A stretch of DNA of 64,000 nucleotides from Eledone cirrhosa (lineage: Eukaryota): positions 10,478,001 to 10,542,000 of the forward strand of contig OZ024744.1 in NCBI GenBank assembly GCA_964016885.1. The letters run 5' to 3'. Made by a program: the position numbers and the translations under genes. Each line of letters starts with the position of its first letter. The stretch's first letter is position 1. Of the stretch, positions 25,151-39,100 are shown in pieces. The notes under the pieces are model-generated. The model saw nothing but the letters and a program-made list of their open reading frames with translations, had not been told where the DNA came from and did no database searches.

Positions 25151-28100
25151 GTTTTGTACTCCAATATGTTGTGTTATTGTACTCCAATATGTTGTGTTGT
25201 TATACTCCAATATGATGTGCTGTTGTACTCCAATATGTTATGTTGTACTCCAATATATTGTGTTGTTGTACTCCAATATGTCTTGTTATAGTCCAATATG
25301 TCGTGTTGTTGTACTCCAATATGTCATGCTGTTGTACTCCAATTTTTTCGTGTTGTTGTACCCCAATATGTCGTGTTGATTATACTACAATTTTTGTTGC
25401 TGTTGTACTCCAATATGTTGTGTTGTTGTACTCTAATATGTTGTGTTGTTATTCTCCAATATGTTGTGCTGTTGTACTCCAATGTGTTATGTTGTTATAC
25501 TCCAATATGTTGTGCTGTGATACTCCAATATGTTGTGTTGTTGTACTCCAATCTGTTGTGGTGTTATACTCCAATATGTTGTGTTGTTATACTCCAATAT
25601 GTTGTTTTACTCCAATATGTTGTGTTGTTGTACTCCAATATGTTGTGTTGTAGTACTCCAATATGTTGTGTTGTTGTAATCCAATATCTTGTGTTGTTAT
25701 ACTCCAATATGTTGTGTTGTTGTACTCCAATATGTTGTGTTGTTGTTCTCCAATATGTTGTGTTGTTATACTCCAATATGTTGTGTTATGATACTCCAAT
25801 ATGTTGTGCTGTTGTACTCCAATATGTTGTGTTGTCGTACTCCAATATGTGATGTTGTACTCCAATATGTCCTGCTGTTATACTCCAATATGTTGTGTTG
25901 TTATACTCCAATATGTCATGGTGTTGTACTTCAATATGTCGTGTTGTTGTACTCCAATATGTTGAGTTGTTGTACTCCAATACGCGATGCTGTTGTACTC
26001 CAATATGTTGTGTTGTTGTACTCCAATATCTTGTGTTGTTATACTCCAATATGTTGTGTTGTTATACTCCAATATGTTGTGTTTTTGTACTCCAACATGT
26101 TGTGCTGCTGTACTCCAATATGATGTGTTGTTGTACTCCAATATGATATGCTGTTGTACTCCAATGTGTTGTGTTGTTGTACTCCAATATGGTGTGCTGT
26201 TGTACTCCAAATCTCGTGTTGTTATACTCCAATGTGTTGTGTTGTTATACTCCAATATGGTGTGTTGTTGTACTCCAATATGTTGTATTGTTTTTCTCCA
26301 ATATGTCATGTTATACTCCAATATGTTGTGTTCGTGTACTGCAATATGTTGTGTTATTATACTCCAATATGTTGCGTTGTTGTACTCCAATATGTTGTGT
26401 TGTTATACTCCAATATGTCGTGTTGTTGTACTCCAATATGTTGTTTTGTTGTACTCCAATATGTCATGTTGTACTCCAGTATGTCTTGTTATACTCCAAT
26501 ATGTCGTGTTGCTGTACTCCAATATGTCATGCTGTTGTACTCCAATATGTTTTGCTGTTGTACTCCACTGTGTTGTGTTGTTGAACTCCAATATGTTGTG
26601 TTGTTGTTCTCCAATATTTTGTGATGTTGTACTCCAATGTGTTGTGTTGTTATACTCCAATATGTTGTGTTGTTATACTCCAATATGTTGTGTTGTTATA
26701 CTCCAATATGTTGTGTTGTTGTACTCCAATATGTTGTGTTGTGATACTCCAATATGTTGTGCTGTTGTACTCCAATATGTTGAGTTGTTATACTCCAATA
26801 TGTAGTGTTGTTATACTTCAATATGTTGTGTTGTTGTACTCCAATATGTTGTGTTGTTGTACTCCAATATGTTGTGTTGTTGTACTCCAATATGTTGTGT
26901 TGTTGTACTCCAATATGTTTTGCTGTTGTACTCCACTGTGTTGTGTTGTTGAACTCCAATATGTTGTGTTGTTGTTCTACAATATTTTGTGCTGCTGTAC
27001 TCCAATTTGTGTTGTTGTACTCCAATATGTTGTGTTGTTGTACTCCAATATGTTGTGTTGTTGTACTCCAATATGTTGTGTTGTTATACTCCAATATGTT
27101 GTGTTGTTGTACTCCAATATGTCGTGTTGTTGTACTCCAATATGTTTTGATGGTGTACTCCAATATGTTGTGTTGTTGTACTCCAATATATTTTGATGTT
27201 GTACTCCAATATGTTGTGTTGCTGTACTCCAATATGTTTTGTCGTTGTACTCCAATATGTTGTGTTGTTATACTCCAATATGTTGTGTTATTTTACTCCA
27301 ATATGTTGTGTTGTTGTACTCCAATATGTTGTGTTGTTGTACTCCAATATGTTGTGTTGTTGTAATCCAATATCTTGTGTTGTTATACTCCAATATGTTG
27401 TGTTGTTGTACTCCAATATGTTGTGTTGTTGTTCTCCAATATGTTGTTATACTCCAATATGTTGTGTTGTGATACTCCAATATGTTGTGCTGTTGTACTA
27501 CAATATGTGTTGTTGTTGTACTCCAATATGTTGCGTTGTTGTACTCCAATATATCATGTTGTCGTACTCCAATATGTCATGTTATACTCCAATATGTTTT
27601 GATGCTGTACTCCAATATGTTGTGTTGTTGTACTACAATATGTTGTGTTGTTGTACTCCAATATGTTGTTTTTTGTACTCCAATATGTCATGTTGTTGTA
27701 CTCCAGTATGTCTTGTTATACTCCAATATGTCGTGTTGCTGTACTCCAATATGTCATGATGTTGTACTCCAATATGTTTTGCTGTTGTACTCCACTGTGT
27801 TGTGTTGTTGAACTCCAATATGTTGTGTTGTTGTTCTCCAATATTTTGTGATGTTGTACTCCAATGGGTTGTGTTGTTATACTCCAATATGTTGTGTTGT
27901 TATACTCCAATATGTTGTGTTGTTGTACTCCAATATGTTGTGTTGTTGTACTCCAATATGTGATGTTGTTGTACTCCAATATGTCGCGTTGTTGTACTCC
28001 AATATGTTGTGTTGTTATACTCCAATATTTCGTGTTGTTTTACTCCAATATGTCATGTTGTTGTACTCTAGTATGTCTTGTTATACTCCAATATATCGTG

Positions 28101-30169
28101 TTGCTGTACTCCAATATGTCATGCTGTTGTACTCCAATATGTTTTGCTGTTGTACTCCACTGTGTTGTGTTGTTGAACTCCAATATGTTGTGTTGTTGTT
28201 CTCCAATATTTTGTGCTGTTGTACTCCAATTTGTGTTGTTGTACTCCAATATGTTGTGTTGTTGTACTCCAATATGTTGTGTTGTTGTACTCCAATATGT
28301 TGTGTTGTTATACTCCAATATGTTGTGCTGTTGTACTCCAATATTTCGTGTTGTTGTACTCCATACGTCGTGTTGTTGTACTCCAATATGTTTTGATGTT
28401 GTACTCCAATATGTTGTGTTGTTGTACTCCAATATGTTATGATGTTGTACTCCAATAAGTTGTGTTGTTGTACTCCAATATGTCGTGTAGTCGTACTCCA
28501 ATATGTTGTGTTCTTGTACTCCAATATGCTGTGATGTTGTACTCCAATGTGATGTGATGTTGTACTCCAATGCGCTGTGTTGTTGTACTCCAATGTGATG
28601 TGTTGTTGTACTCCAATATGTTGTGCCGTTGTACTCCAATATTTTTTATTTTTGTACTCCAATATGTTGTGTTGTTATACTCCAATATGTTGTGTTGTTA
28701 TACTCCAATATGTTGTGCTGTTGTACTCCAAATCTCGTGTTGTTATACTCCAATGTGTTGTGTTGTTATACTCGAATATGGTGTGTTGTTGTACTCCAAT
28801 ATGTTGTATTGTTTTTTTCCAATATGTCATGTTATACTCCAATATGTTGTGTTCGTGTACTCCAATATGTTGTGTTATTGTACTCCAATATGTTGTGTTG
28901 TTATACTCCAATATGTTGTGTTGTTATACTCCAATATGTTGTGTTGTTGTACTCCAATATGTTGTCTTGTTGTACTCCAAAAGGCCATGTTATCGTACTC
29001 CAATATGTCTTGTTATACCCCAATATGTCGTGTGGCTGTACTCCAATATGTCATGTTGTTGTACTCCAATATGTCTTGTTATAGTCCAATATGTCGTGTT
29101 GTTGTACTCCAATATGTCATGTAGTTGTATTCCAATATTTCGTGTTGTTGTACCCCAATATGTCGTGTTGTTTATACTCCAATATGTTTTGCTGTTGTAC
29201 TCCAATATGTTGTGTTGCTGTACTCCAATATGTTGTGTTGTTATTCTCCAATATGTTGTGCTGTTGTACTCCAATGTGTTATGTTGTTATACTCCAATAT
29301 GTTGTGCTGTGCTACTCCAATATATTGTGTTGTTGTACTCCAATGTGTTGTGTTGTTATACTCCAATATGTTGTGTTGATTTACTCCAATATGTTGTGTT
29401 GTTGTACTCCAATCTGTTGTGTTGTTATACTCCAATATGTTGTGTTGTTATACTCCAATATGTTGTGTTGTTTTACTCCAATATGTTGTGTTGTTGTACT
29501 CCAATATGTTGTGTTGTTGTACTCCAATATGTTGTGTTGTTGTAATCCAATATCTTGTGTTGTTATACTCCAATATGTTGTGTTGTTGTACTCCAATATG
29601 TTGTGTTGTTATACTCCAATATGTTGTGTTGTGATACTCCAATATGTTGTGCTGTTGTACTCCAATATGTTGTGTTGTTATACTCCAATATGTTGTGTTG
29701 TTTTACTCCAATATGTTGTGTTGTTGTACTCCAATATGTTGTATTGTTGTTCTCCAATATGTCGTTGTTATACTCCAATATGTCATGTTGTTGTACTCCA
29801 ATATGTCGTATTGTTGTACTCCAATATGTTTTGATGTTGTACTCCAATATGTTGTGTTGTTGTACTCCAATATGTTGTGTAGTCGTACTCCAATATGTTG
29901 TATTGTTAAACTCCAATATGTTGTGCTGTTGTACTCCAATATGTTTTGATGTTGTACTCCAATATATTGTGTTGCTGTACTCCAATATGTCGTGTAGTCG
30001 TACTCCAATATGTTGTGTTGTTGTACTCCAATATGCTGTGATGTTGTCCTCCAATATGATGTGCTGTTGTACTCCAATGCGTTGTGTTGTTGTACTCCAA
30101 TATGCTGTGTTGTTATACTCCAATATGTTGTGTTGTTATACTCAAATATGTTGTGTTGGTGTAATCCAA

Positions 30170-33100
30170 TATCTTGTGTTATTTTACTCCAATATGTTGT
30201 GTTGTTGTACTCCAATATGTTGTGTTGTTGTACTCCAATATGTTGTGTTGTTGTAATCCAATATCTTATGTTGTTATACTCCAATATGTTGTGCTGTTGT
30301 ACTCCAATATGTTGACTTGTTATACTCCAATATGTAGTGTTGTTATACTCCAATATGTTGTGTTGTTGTACTCCAATCTGTTGCGTTATACTCCAATATG
30401 TTGTGTTGTTATACTCCAATATGTTATGTTGTTATACTCCAATATGTTGTGTTGTTTTACTCCAATATGTTGTATTGTTGATCTCCAATATGTCATATTA
30501 TACTCCATTAAGTTGTGTTCTTGTACTCCAATATGTTTTGTTGTTGTACTCCAATATGTTGCTTTGTTGTACTCCAATATATCATGTTGTCGTACTCCAA
30601 TATGTCATGTTATACTCCAATATGTTTTGATGATGTACTCCAATATGTTGTGTTGTTGTACTACAATATGTTGTGTTGTTATACTCCAATATGTTGTGTT
30701 GTTATACTCCAATATGTTGTGTTGTTGTACTCCAATATGTCATGTTGTTGTACTCCAGTATGTCTTGTTATACTCCAATATGTCGTGTTGCTGTACTCCA
30801 ATATGTCATGCTGTTGTACTCCAATATTTCGTGTCGTTGTACTCCAATATGTCGTGCTTTTGTACTCCAATATGTTTTGCTGTTGTACTCCACTGTGTTG
30901 TGTTGTTGAACTCCAATATGTTGTGTTGTTGTTCTCCAATATTTTGTGATGTTGTACTCCAATGTGTTGTGTTGTTATACTCCGATATGTTGTGTTGTGA
31001 TACTCCAATGTGTTGTGTTGTTGTACTCCAATATGTTGTGTTGTTGTACTCCAATATGTTGTGTTGTTATACTCCAATGTGGTGTGCTGTTGTAATCCAA
31101 TATGTTGTGTTGTACTCCAATATGTTGTGTTGTTATACTCCAATATGTAGTGTTGTTATACTCCAATATGTTATGATGTTGTACTGCAATATATTGTGTT
31201 GTTGTACTCCAATATGTCTTGTTATAGTCCAATATGTCGTGTTGTTGTACTCCAATATGTCATGCTGTTGTACTCCAATTTTTTCGTGTTGTTGTACCCC
31301 AATATGTCGTGTTGATTATACTACAATTTTTGTTGCTGTTGTACTCCAATATGTTGTGTTGTTGTACTCTAATATGTTGTGTTGTTATTCTCCAATATGT
31401 TGTGCTGTTGTACTCCAATGTGTTATGTTGTTATACTCCAATATGTTGTGCTGTGATACTCCAATATGTTGTGTTGTTGTACTCCAATCTGTTGTGTTGT
31501 TATACTCCAATATGTTGTTATACTCCAATATGTTGTTTTACTCCAATATGTTGTGTTGTTGTACTCCAATATGTTGTGTTGTAGTACTCCAATATGTTGT
31601 GTTGTTGTAATCCAATATCTTGTGTTGTTATACTCCAATATGTTGTGTTGTTGTACTCCAATATGTTGTGTTGTTGTTCTCCAATATGTTGTGTTGTTAT
31701 ACTCCAATATGTTGTGTTATGATACTCCAATATGTTGTGCTGTTGTACTCCAATATGTTGTGTTGTCGTACTCCAATATGTGATGTTGTATTGTTTTTCT
31801 CCAATATGTCATGTTATACTCCAATATGTTGTGTTCGTGTACTGCAATATGTTGTGTTATTGTACTCCAATATGTTGCGTTGTTGTACTCCAATATGTTG
31901 TGTTGTTATACTCCAATATGTCGTGTTGTTGTACTCCAATATGTTGTTTTGTTGTACTCCAATATGTCATGTTGTTGTACTCCAGTATGTCTTGTTATAC
32001 TCCAATATGTCGTGTTGCTGTACTCCAATATGTCATGCTGTTGTACTCCAATATGTTTTGCTGTTGTACTCCACTGTGTTGTGTTGTTGAACTCCAATAT
32101 GTTGTGTTGTTGTTCTCCAATATTTTGTGATGTTGTACTCCAATGTGTTGTGTTGTTATACTCCAATATGTTGTGTTGTTATACTCCAATATGTTGTGTT
32201 GTTATACTCCAATATGTTGTGTTGTTGTACTCCAATATGTTGTGTTGTGATACTCCAATATGTTGTGCTGTTGTACTCCAATATGTTGAGTTGTTATACT
32301 CCAATATGTAGTGTTGTTATACTTCAATATGTTGTGTTGTTGTACTCCAATATGTTGTGTTGTTGTACTCCAATATGTTGTGTTGTTGTACTCCAATATG
32401 TTGTGTTGTTGTACTCCAATATGTGATGTTGTTGTACTGCAATATGTCGCGTTGTTGTACTCCAATATGTTGTGTTGTTATACTCCAATATTTCGTGTTG
32501 TTTTACTCCAATATGTCATGTTGTTGTACTCCAGTATGTCTTGTTATACTCCAATATGTCGTGTTGCTGTACTCCAATATGTCATGCTGTTGTACTCCAA
32601 TATGTTTTGCTGTTGTACTCCACTGTGTTGTGTTGTTGAACTCCAATATGTTGTGTTGTTGTTCTCCAATATTTTGTGCTGTTGTACTCCAATTTGTGTT
32701 GTTGTACTCCAATATGTTGTGTTGTTGTACTCCAATATGTTGTGTTGTTGTACTCCAATATGTTGTGTTGTTATACTCCAATATGTTGTGCTGTTGTACT
32801 CCAATATGTCGTGTTGTTGTACTCCAATATGTTTTGATGGTGTACTCCAATATGTTGTGTTGTTGTACTCCAATCTGTTTTGATGTTGTACTCCAATATG
32901 TTGTGTTGTTGTACTCCAATATGTTGTGTAGTCGTACTCCAATATGTTGTGTTGTTGTACTCCAATATGCTGTGATGTTGTACTCCAATATGATGTGATG
33001 TTGTACTCCAATGCGTTGTGTTGTTGTACTCCAATGTGATGTGTTGTTGTACTCCAATATGTTGTGCCGTTGTACTCCAATATCTTTTATTTTTGTACTC

Positions 33101-36100
33101 CAATATGTTGTGTTGTTATACTCCAATATGTTGTGTTGTTATACTCCAATATGTTGTGCTGTTGTACTCCAAATCTCGTGTTGTTATACTCCAATGTGTT
33201 GTGTTGTTATACTCCAATATGGTGTGTTGTTGTACTCCAATATGTTGTATTGTTTTTTTCCAATATGTCATGTTATACTCCAATATGTTGTGTTCGTGTT
33301 CTCCAATATGTTGTGTTATTGTACTCCAATATGTTGCGTTGTTGTACTCCAATATGTTGTGTTGTTATACTCCAATATGTTGTGTTGTTGTACTCCAATA
33401 TGTTGTCTTGTTGTACTCCAAAAGGCCATGTTATCGTACTCCAATATGTCTTGTTATACTCCAATATGTCGTATGGCTGTACTCCAATATGTCATGTTGT
33501 TGTACTCCAATATGTCTTGTTATAGTCCAATATGTCGTGTTGTTGTACTCCAATATGTCATGTAGTTGTATTCCAATATTTCGTGTTGTTGTACCCCAAT
33601 ATGTCGTGTTGTTTATACTCCAATATGTTTTGCTGTTGTACTCCAATATGTTGTGTTGCTGTACTCCAATATGTTGTGTTGTTATTCTCCAATATGTTGT
33701 GCTGTTGTACTCCAATGTGTTATGTTGTTATACTCCAATATGTTGTGCTGTGCTACTCCAATATATTGTGTTGTTGTACTCCAATGTGTTGTGTTGTTAT
33801 ACTCCAATATGTTGTGTTGATTTACTCCAATATGTTGTGTTGTTGTACTCCAATCTGTTGTGTTGTTATACTCCAATATGTTGTGTTGTTATACTCCAAT
33901 ATGTTGTGTTGTTTTACTCCAATATGTTGTGTTGTTGTACTCCAATACGTTGTGTTGTTGTACTCCAATATGTTGTGTTGTTGTAATCCAATATCTTGTG
34001 TTGTTATACTCCAATATGTTGTGTTGTTCTACTCCAATATGTTGTGTTGTTATACTCCAATATGTTGTGTTGTGATACTCCAATATGTTGTGTTGTTGTA
34101 CTCCAATATGTTGTATTGTTGTTCTCCAATATGTCATGTTATACTCCAATAAGTTGTGTTCTTGTACTCCAATATGTTGTGTTGTTGTACTCCAATATAT
34201 CATGTTGTCGTACTCCAATATGTCATGTTATACTCCAATATGTCGTTGTTATACTCCAATATGTCATGTTGTTGTACTCCAATATGTCGTATTGTTGTAC
34301 TCCAATATGTTTTGATGTTGTACTCCAATATGTTGTGTTGTTGTACTCCAATATGTTGTGTTGTTGTACTCCAATATGTTGTGTTGTTGTACTCCAATAT
34401 GTTGTGTTGTTGTACTCCAATATGTTGTGTTGTTATACTCCAATATGTTATGATGTTGTACTCCAATATATTGTGTTGTTGTACTCCAATATGTTGTGTT
34501 GTTGTATTCAATACGCTGTGTTGTTGTACTCCAATATGTTGTGTTGTTGTACTCCAATATGTAGTTGTACTCCAATATGTTGTGTTGTTGTACTCCAATA
34601 TGCTGTGTTGTTATACTCCAATATGTATTGTTGTTGTAATCCAATATATTGTGTTGTTGTACTCCAATATGTTGTGTTGTTGTATTCAATACGCTGTGTT
34701 GTTGTACTCCAATATGTTGTGTTGTTGTACTCCAATATGTAGTTGTACTCCAATATGTTTTGATGTTGTACTCCAATATGTTGTGTTGTTGTACTCCAAT
34801 ATGTTGTGTTGTTGTACTCCAATATGTTGTGTTGTTGTATTCCAATATGTTGTGTTGTTATACTCCAATATGTTATGTTGTTGTACTCCAATATGTCATG
34901 TTGTTGTACTCCAATATGTTTTGATGTTGTACTCCAATATGTTGTGTTGTTGTACTCCAATATGTTTTGATGTTGTACTCCAATATGTTGTGTTGTTGTA
35001 CTCCAATATGTTGTGTAGTCGTACTCCAATATGTTGTGTTGTTGTACTCCAATATGCTGTGATGTTGTACTCCAATATGATGTGCTGTTGTACTCCAATG
35101 CGTTGTGTTGTTGTACTCCAATATGCTGTGTTGTTATACTCCAATATGTTGTGTTGTTATACTCCAATATGTTGTGTTGTTGTACTCCAATATGTTGTGT
35201 GGTTGTAATCCAATATCTTGTGTTGTTATACACCAATATGTTGTGCTGTTGTACTCCAATATGTTGAGTTGTTATACTCCAATATGTAGTGTTGTTATAC
35301 TCCAATATTTTGTGTTGTTGTACTCCAATCTGTTGCGTTATACTCCAATATGTTGTGTTGTTATACTCCAATATGTTTTGATGCTGTACTCCAATATGTT
35401 GTGTTGTTGTACTACAATATGTTGTGTTGTTGTACTCCAATATGTTGTGTTGTTATACTCCAATATGTTGTGCTGTTGTACTCCAATATGTTGTGTTGTT
35501 GTACTCCAATCTGTTGTGTTGTTATACTCCAATATATTGTGTTGTTATACTCCAATATGTTGTGTTGTTTTACTCCAATATATTGTGTTGCTGTACTCCA
35601 AAATGTTGTATTGTTGTTCTCCAATATGTCATGTTATACTCCAATAAGTTGTGTTCTTGTACTCCAATATGTTGTGTTGTTGTACTCCAATATGTTGTGT
35701 TGTTGTAGTCCAATATATCATGTTGTCGTACTCCAATATGTCATGTTATACTCCAATATGTCGTTGTTATACTCCAATAGGTCATGATGTTGTACTCCAA
35801 TATGTCGTGTTGTCGTACTCCAATATGTTGTGTTGTTGTACTCCAATATGTTGTGCTGTTGTACTCCAATATGTTGTGTTGTTGTACTCCAATATGTTGT
35901 GTTGTTATACTCCAATATGTTGTGCTGTTGTACTCCAATATTTCGTGTTGTTGTACTCCAATACGTCGTGTTATACTCCAATATGTTGTATTGTTATACT
36001 CCAATATGTTATGTTATTGTACTCCAATATGTCTTGTTGTTGTACTCCAATATGTTTTGATGTTGTACTCCAATATGTTGTGTTGTTATACTCCAATATG

Positions 36101-39100
36101 TTGTGTTGTTGTACTCCAATATGTTGTGTTGTGATACTCCAATATGTTGTGCTGTTGTACTCCAATATGTTGAGTTGTTATACTCCAATATGTAGTGTTG
36201 TTATACTTCAATATGTTGTGTTGTTGTACTCCAATATGTTGTGTTGTACTCCAATATGTTATGTTGTTGTACTCCAATATGTGATGTTGTTGTACTCCAA
36301 TATGTCGCGTTGTTGTACTCCAATATGTTGTGTTGTTATACTCCAATATTTCGTGTTGTTTTACTCCAATATGTCATGTTGTTGTACTCCAGTATGTCTT
36401 GTTATACTCCAATATGTCGTGTTGCTGTACTCCAATATGTCATGCTGTTGTACTCCAATATGTTTTGCTGTTGTACTCCACTGTGTTGTGTTGTTGAACT
36501 CCAATATGTTGTGTTGTTGTTCTCCAATATTTTGTGCTGTTGTACTCCAATTTGTGTTGTTGTACTCCAATATGTTGTGTTGTTGTACTCCAATATGTTG
36601 TGTTGTTGTACTCCAATATGTTGTGTTGTTATACTCCAATATGTTGTTCTGTTGTACTCCAATATTTCGTGTTGTTGTACTCCAATACGTCGTGTTGTTG
36701 TACTCCAATATGTTTTGATGTTGTACTCCAATATGTTGTGTTGTTGTACTCCAATATGTTTTGATGTTGTACTCCAATATGTTGTGCTGTTGTACTCCAA
36801 TATGTGGTGTAGTCGTACTCCAATATGTTGTGTTGTTGTACTCCAATATGCTGTGATGTTGTACTCCAATATGATGTGATGTTGTACTCCAATGTGCTGT
36901 GTTGTTGTACTCCAATGTGATCTGTTGTTGTACTTCAATATGTTGTGCCGTTATACTCCAATATTTTTTTATTTTTTGTACTCCAATATGTTGTGTTGTT
37001 ATACTCCAATATGTTGTGTTGTTATACTCCAATATGTTGTGCTGTTGTACTCCAAATCTCGTGTTGTTATACTCCAATGTGTTGTGTTGTTATACTCCAA
37101 TATGGTGTGTTGTTGTACTCCAATATGTTGTATTGTTTTTTTCCAATATGTCATGTTATACTCCAATATGTTGTGTTCGTATACTCCAATATGTTGTGTT
37201 ATTGTACTCCAATATGTTGCGTTGTTGTACTCCAATATGTTGTGTTGTTATACTCCAATATGTTGTGTTGTTGTACTCCAATATGTTGTCTTGTTGTACT
37301 CCAAAAGGCCATGTTATCGTACTCCAATATGTCTTGTTATACTCCAATATGTCGTGTGGCTGTACTCCAATATGTCATGTTGTTGTACTCCAATATGTCT
37401 TGTTATAGTCCAATATGTCGTGTTGTTGTACTCCAATATGTTATGTAGTAGTATTCCAATATTTCGTGTTGTTGTACCCCAATATGTCGTGTTGTTTATA
37501 CTCCAATATGTTTTGCTGTTGTACTCCAATATGTTGTGTTGTTATACTCCAATATGTTGTGTTGTTGTACTCCAATATGTTGTCTTGTTGTACTCCAAAA
37601 GGCCATGTTATCGTACTCCAATATGTCTTGTTATACTCCAATATGTCGTGTGGCTGTACTCCAATATGTCATGTTGTTGTACTCTAGTATGTCTTGTTAT
37701 ACTCCAATATATCGTGTTGCTGTACTCCAATATGTCATGCTGTTGTACTCCAATATGTTTTGCTGTTGTACTCCACTGTGTTGTGTTGTTGAACTCCAAT
37801 ATGTTGTGTTGTTGTTCTCCAATATTTTGTGCTGTTGTACTCCAATTTGTGTTGTTGTACTCCAATATGTTGTGTTGTTGTACTCCAATATGTTGTGTTG
37901 TTGTACTCCAATATGTTGTGTTGTTATACTCCAATATGTTGTGCTGTTGTACTCCAATATTTCGTGTTGTTGTACTCCATACGTCGTGTTGTTGTACTCC
38001 AATATGTTTTGATGTTGTACTCCAATATGTTGTGTTGTTGTACTCCAATATGTTTTGATGTTGTACTCCAATAAGTTGTGTTGTTGTACTCCAATATGTC
38101 GTGTAGTCGTACTACAATATGTTGTGTTCTTGTACTCCAATATGCTGTGATGTTGTACTCCAATGTGATGTGATGTTGTACTCCAATGCGCTGTGTTGTT
38201 GTACTCCAATGTGATGTGTTGTTGTACTCCAATATGTTGTGCCGTTGTACTCCAATATTTTTTTATTTTTGTACTCCAATATGTTGTGTTGTTATACTCC
38301 AATATGTTGTGCTGTTGTACTCCAAATCTCGTGTTGTTATACTCCAATGTGTTGTGTTGTTATACTCGAATATGGTGTGTTGTTGTACTCCAATATGTTG
38401 TATTGTTTTTTTCCAATATGTCATGTTATACTCCAATATGTTGTGTTCGTGTACTCCAATATGTTGTGTTATTGTACTCCAATATGTTGTGTTGTTATAC
38501 TCCAATATGTTGTGTTGTTATACTCCAATATGTTGTGTTGTTGTACTCCAATATGTTGTCTTGTTGTACTCCAAAAGGCCATGTTATCGTACTCCAATAT
38601 GTCTTGTTATACCCCAATATGTCGTGTGGCTGTACTCCAATATGTCATGTTGTTGTACTCCAATATGTCTTGTTATAGTCCAATATGTCGTGTTGTTGTA
38701 CTCCAATATGTCATGTAGTTGTATTCCAATATTTCGTGTTGTTGTACCCCAATATGTCGTGTTGTTTATACTCCAATATGTTTTGCTGTTGTACTCCAAT
38801 ATGTTGTGTTGCTGTACTCCAATATGTTATGTTGTTATACTCCAATATGTTGTGCTGTGCTACTCCAATATATTGTGTTGTTGTACTCCAATGTGTTGTG
38901 TTGTTATACTCCAATATGTTGTGTTGATTTACTCCAATATGTTGTGTTGTTGTACTCCAATCTGTTGTGTTGTTATACTCCAATATGTTGTGTTGTTATA
39001 CTCCAATATGTTGTGTTGTTTTACTCCAATATGTTGTGTTGTTGTACTCCAATATGTTGTGTTGTTGTACTCCAATATGTTGTGTTGTTGTAATCCAATA

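Noticed and set aside
28640-28655. T-rich tracts as intrinsic or Pol III terminators
   Set aside because: They are degenerate monomer tails with no upstream hairpin or gene.
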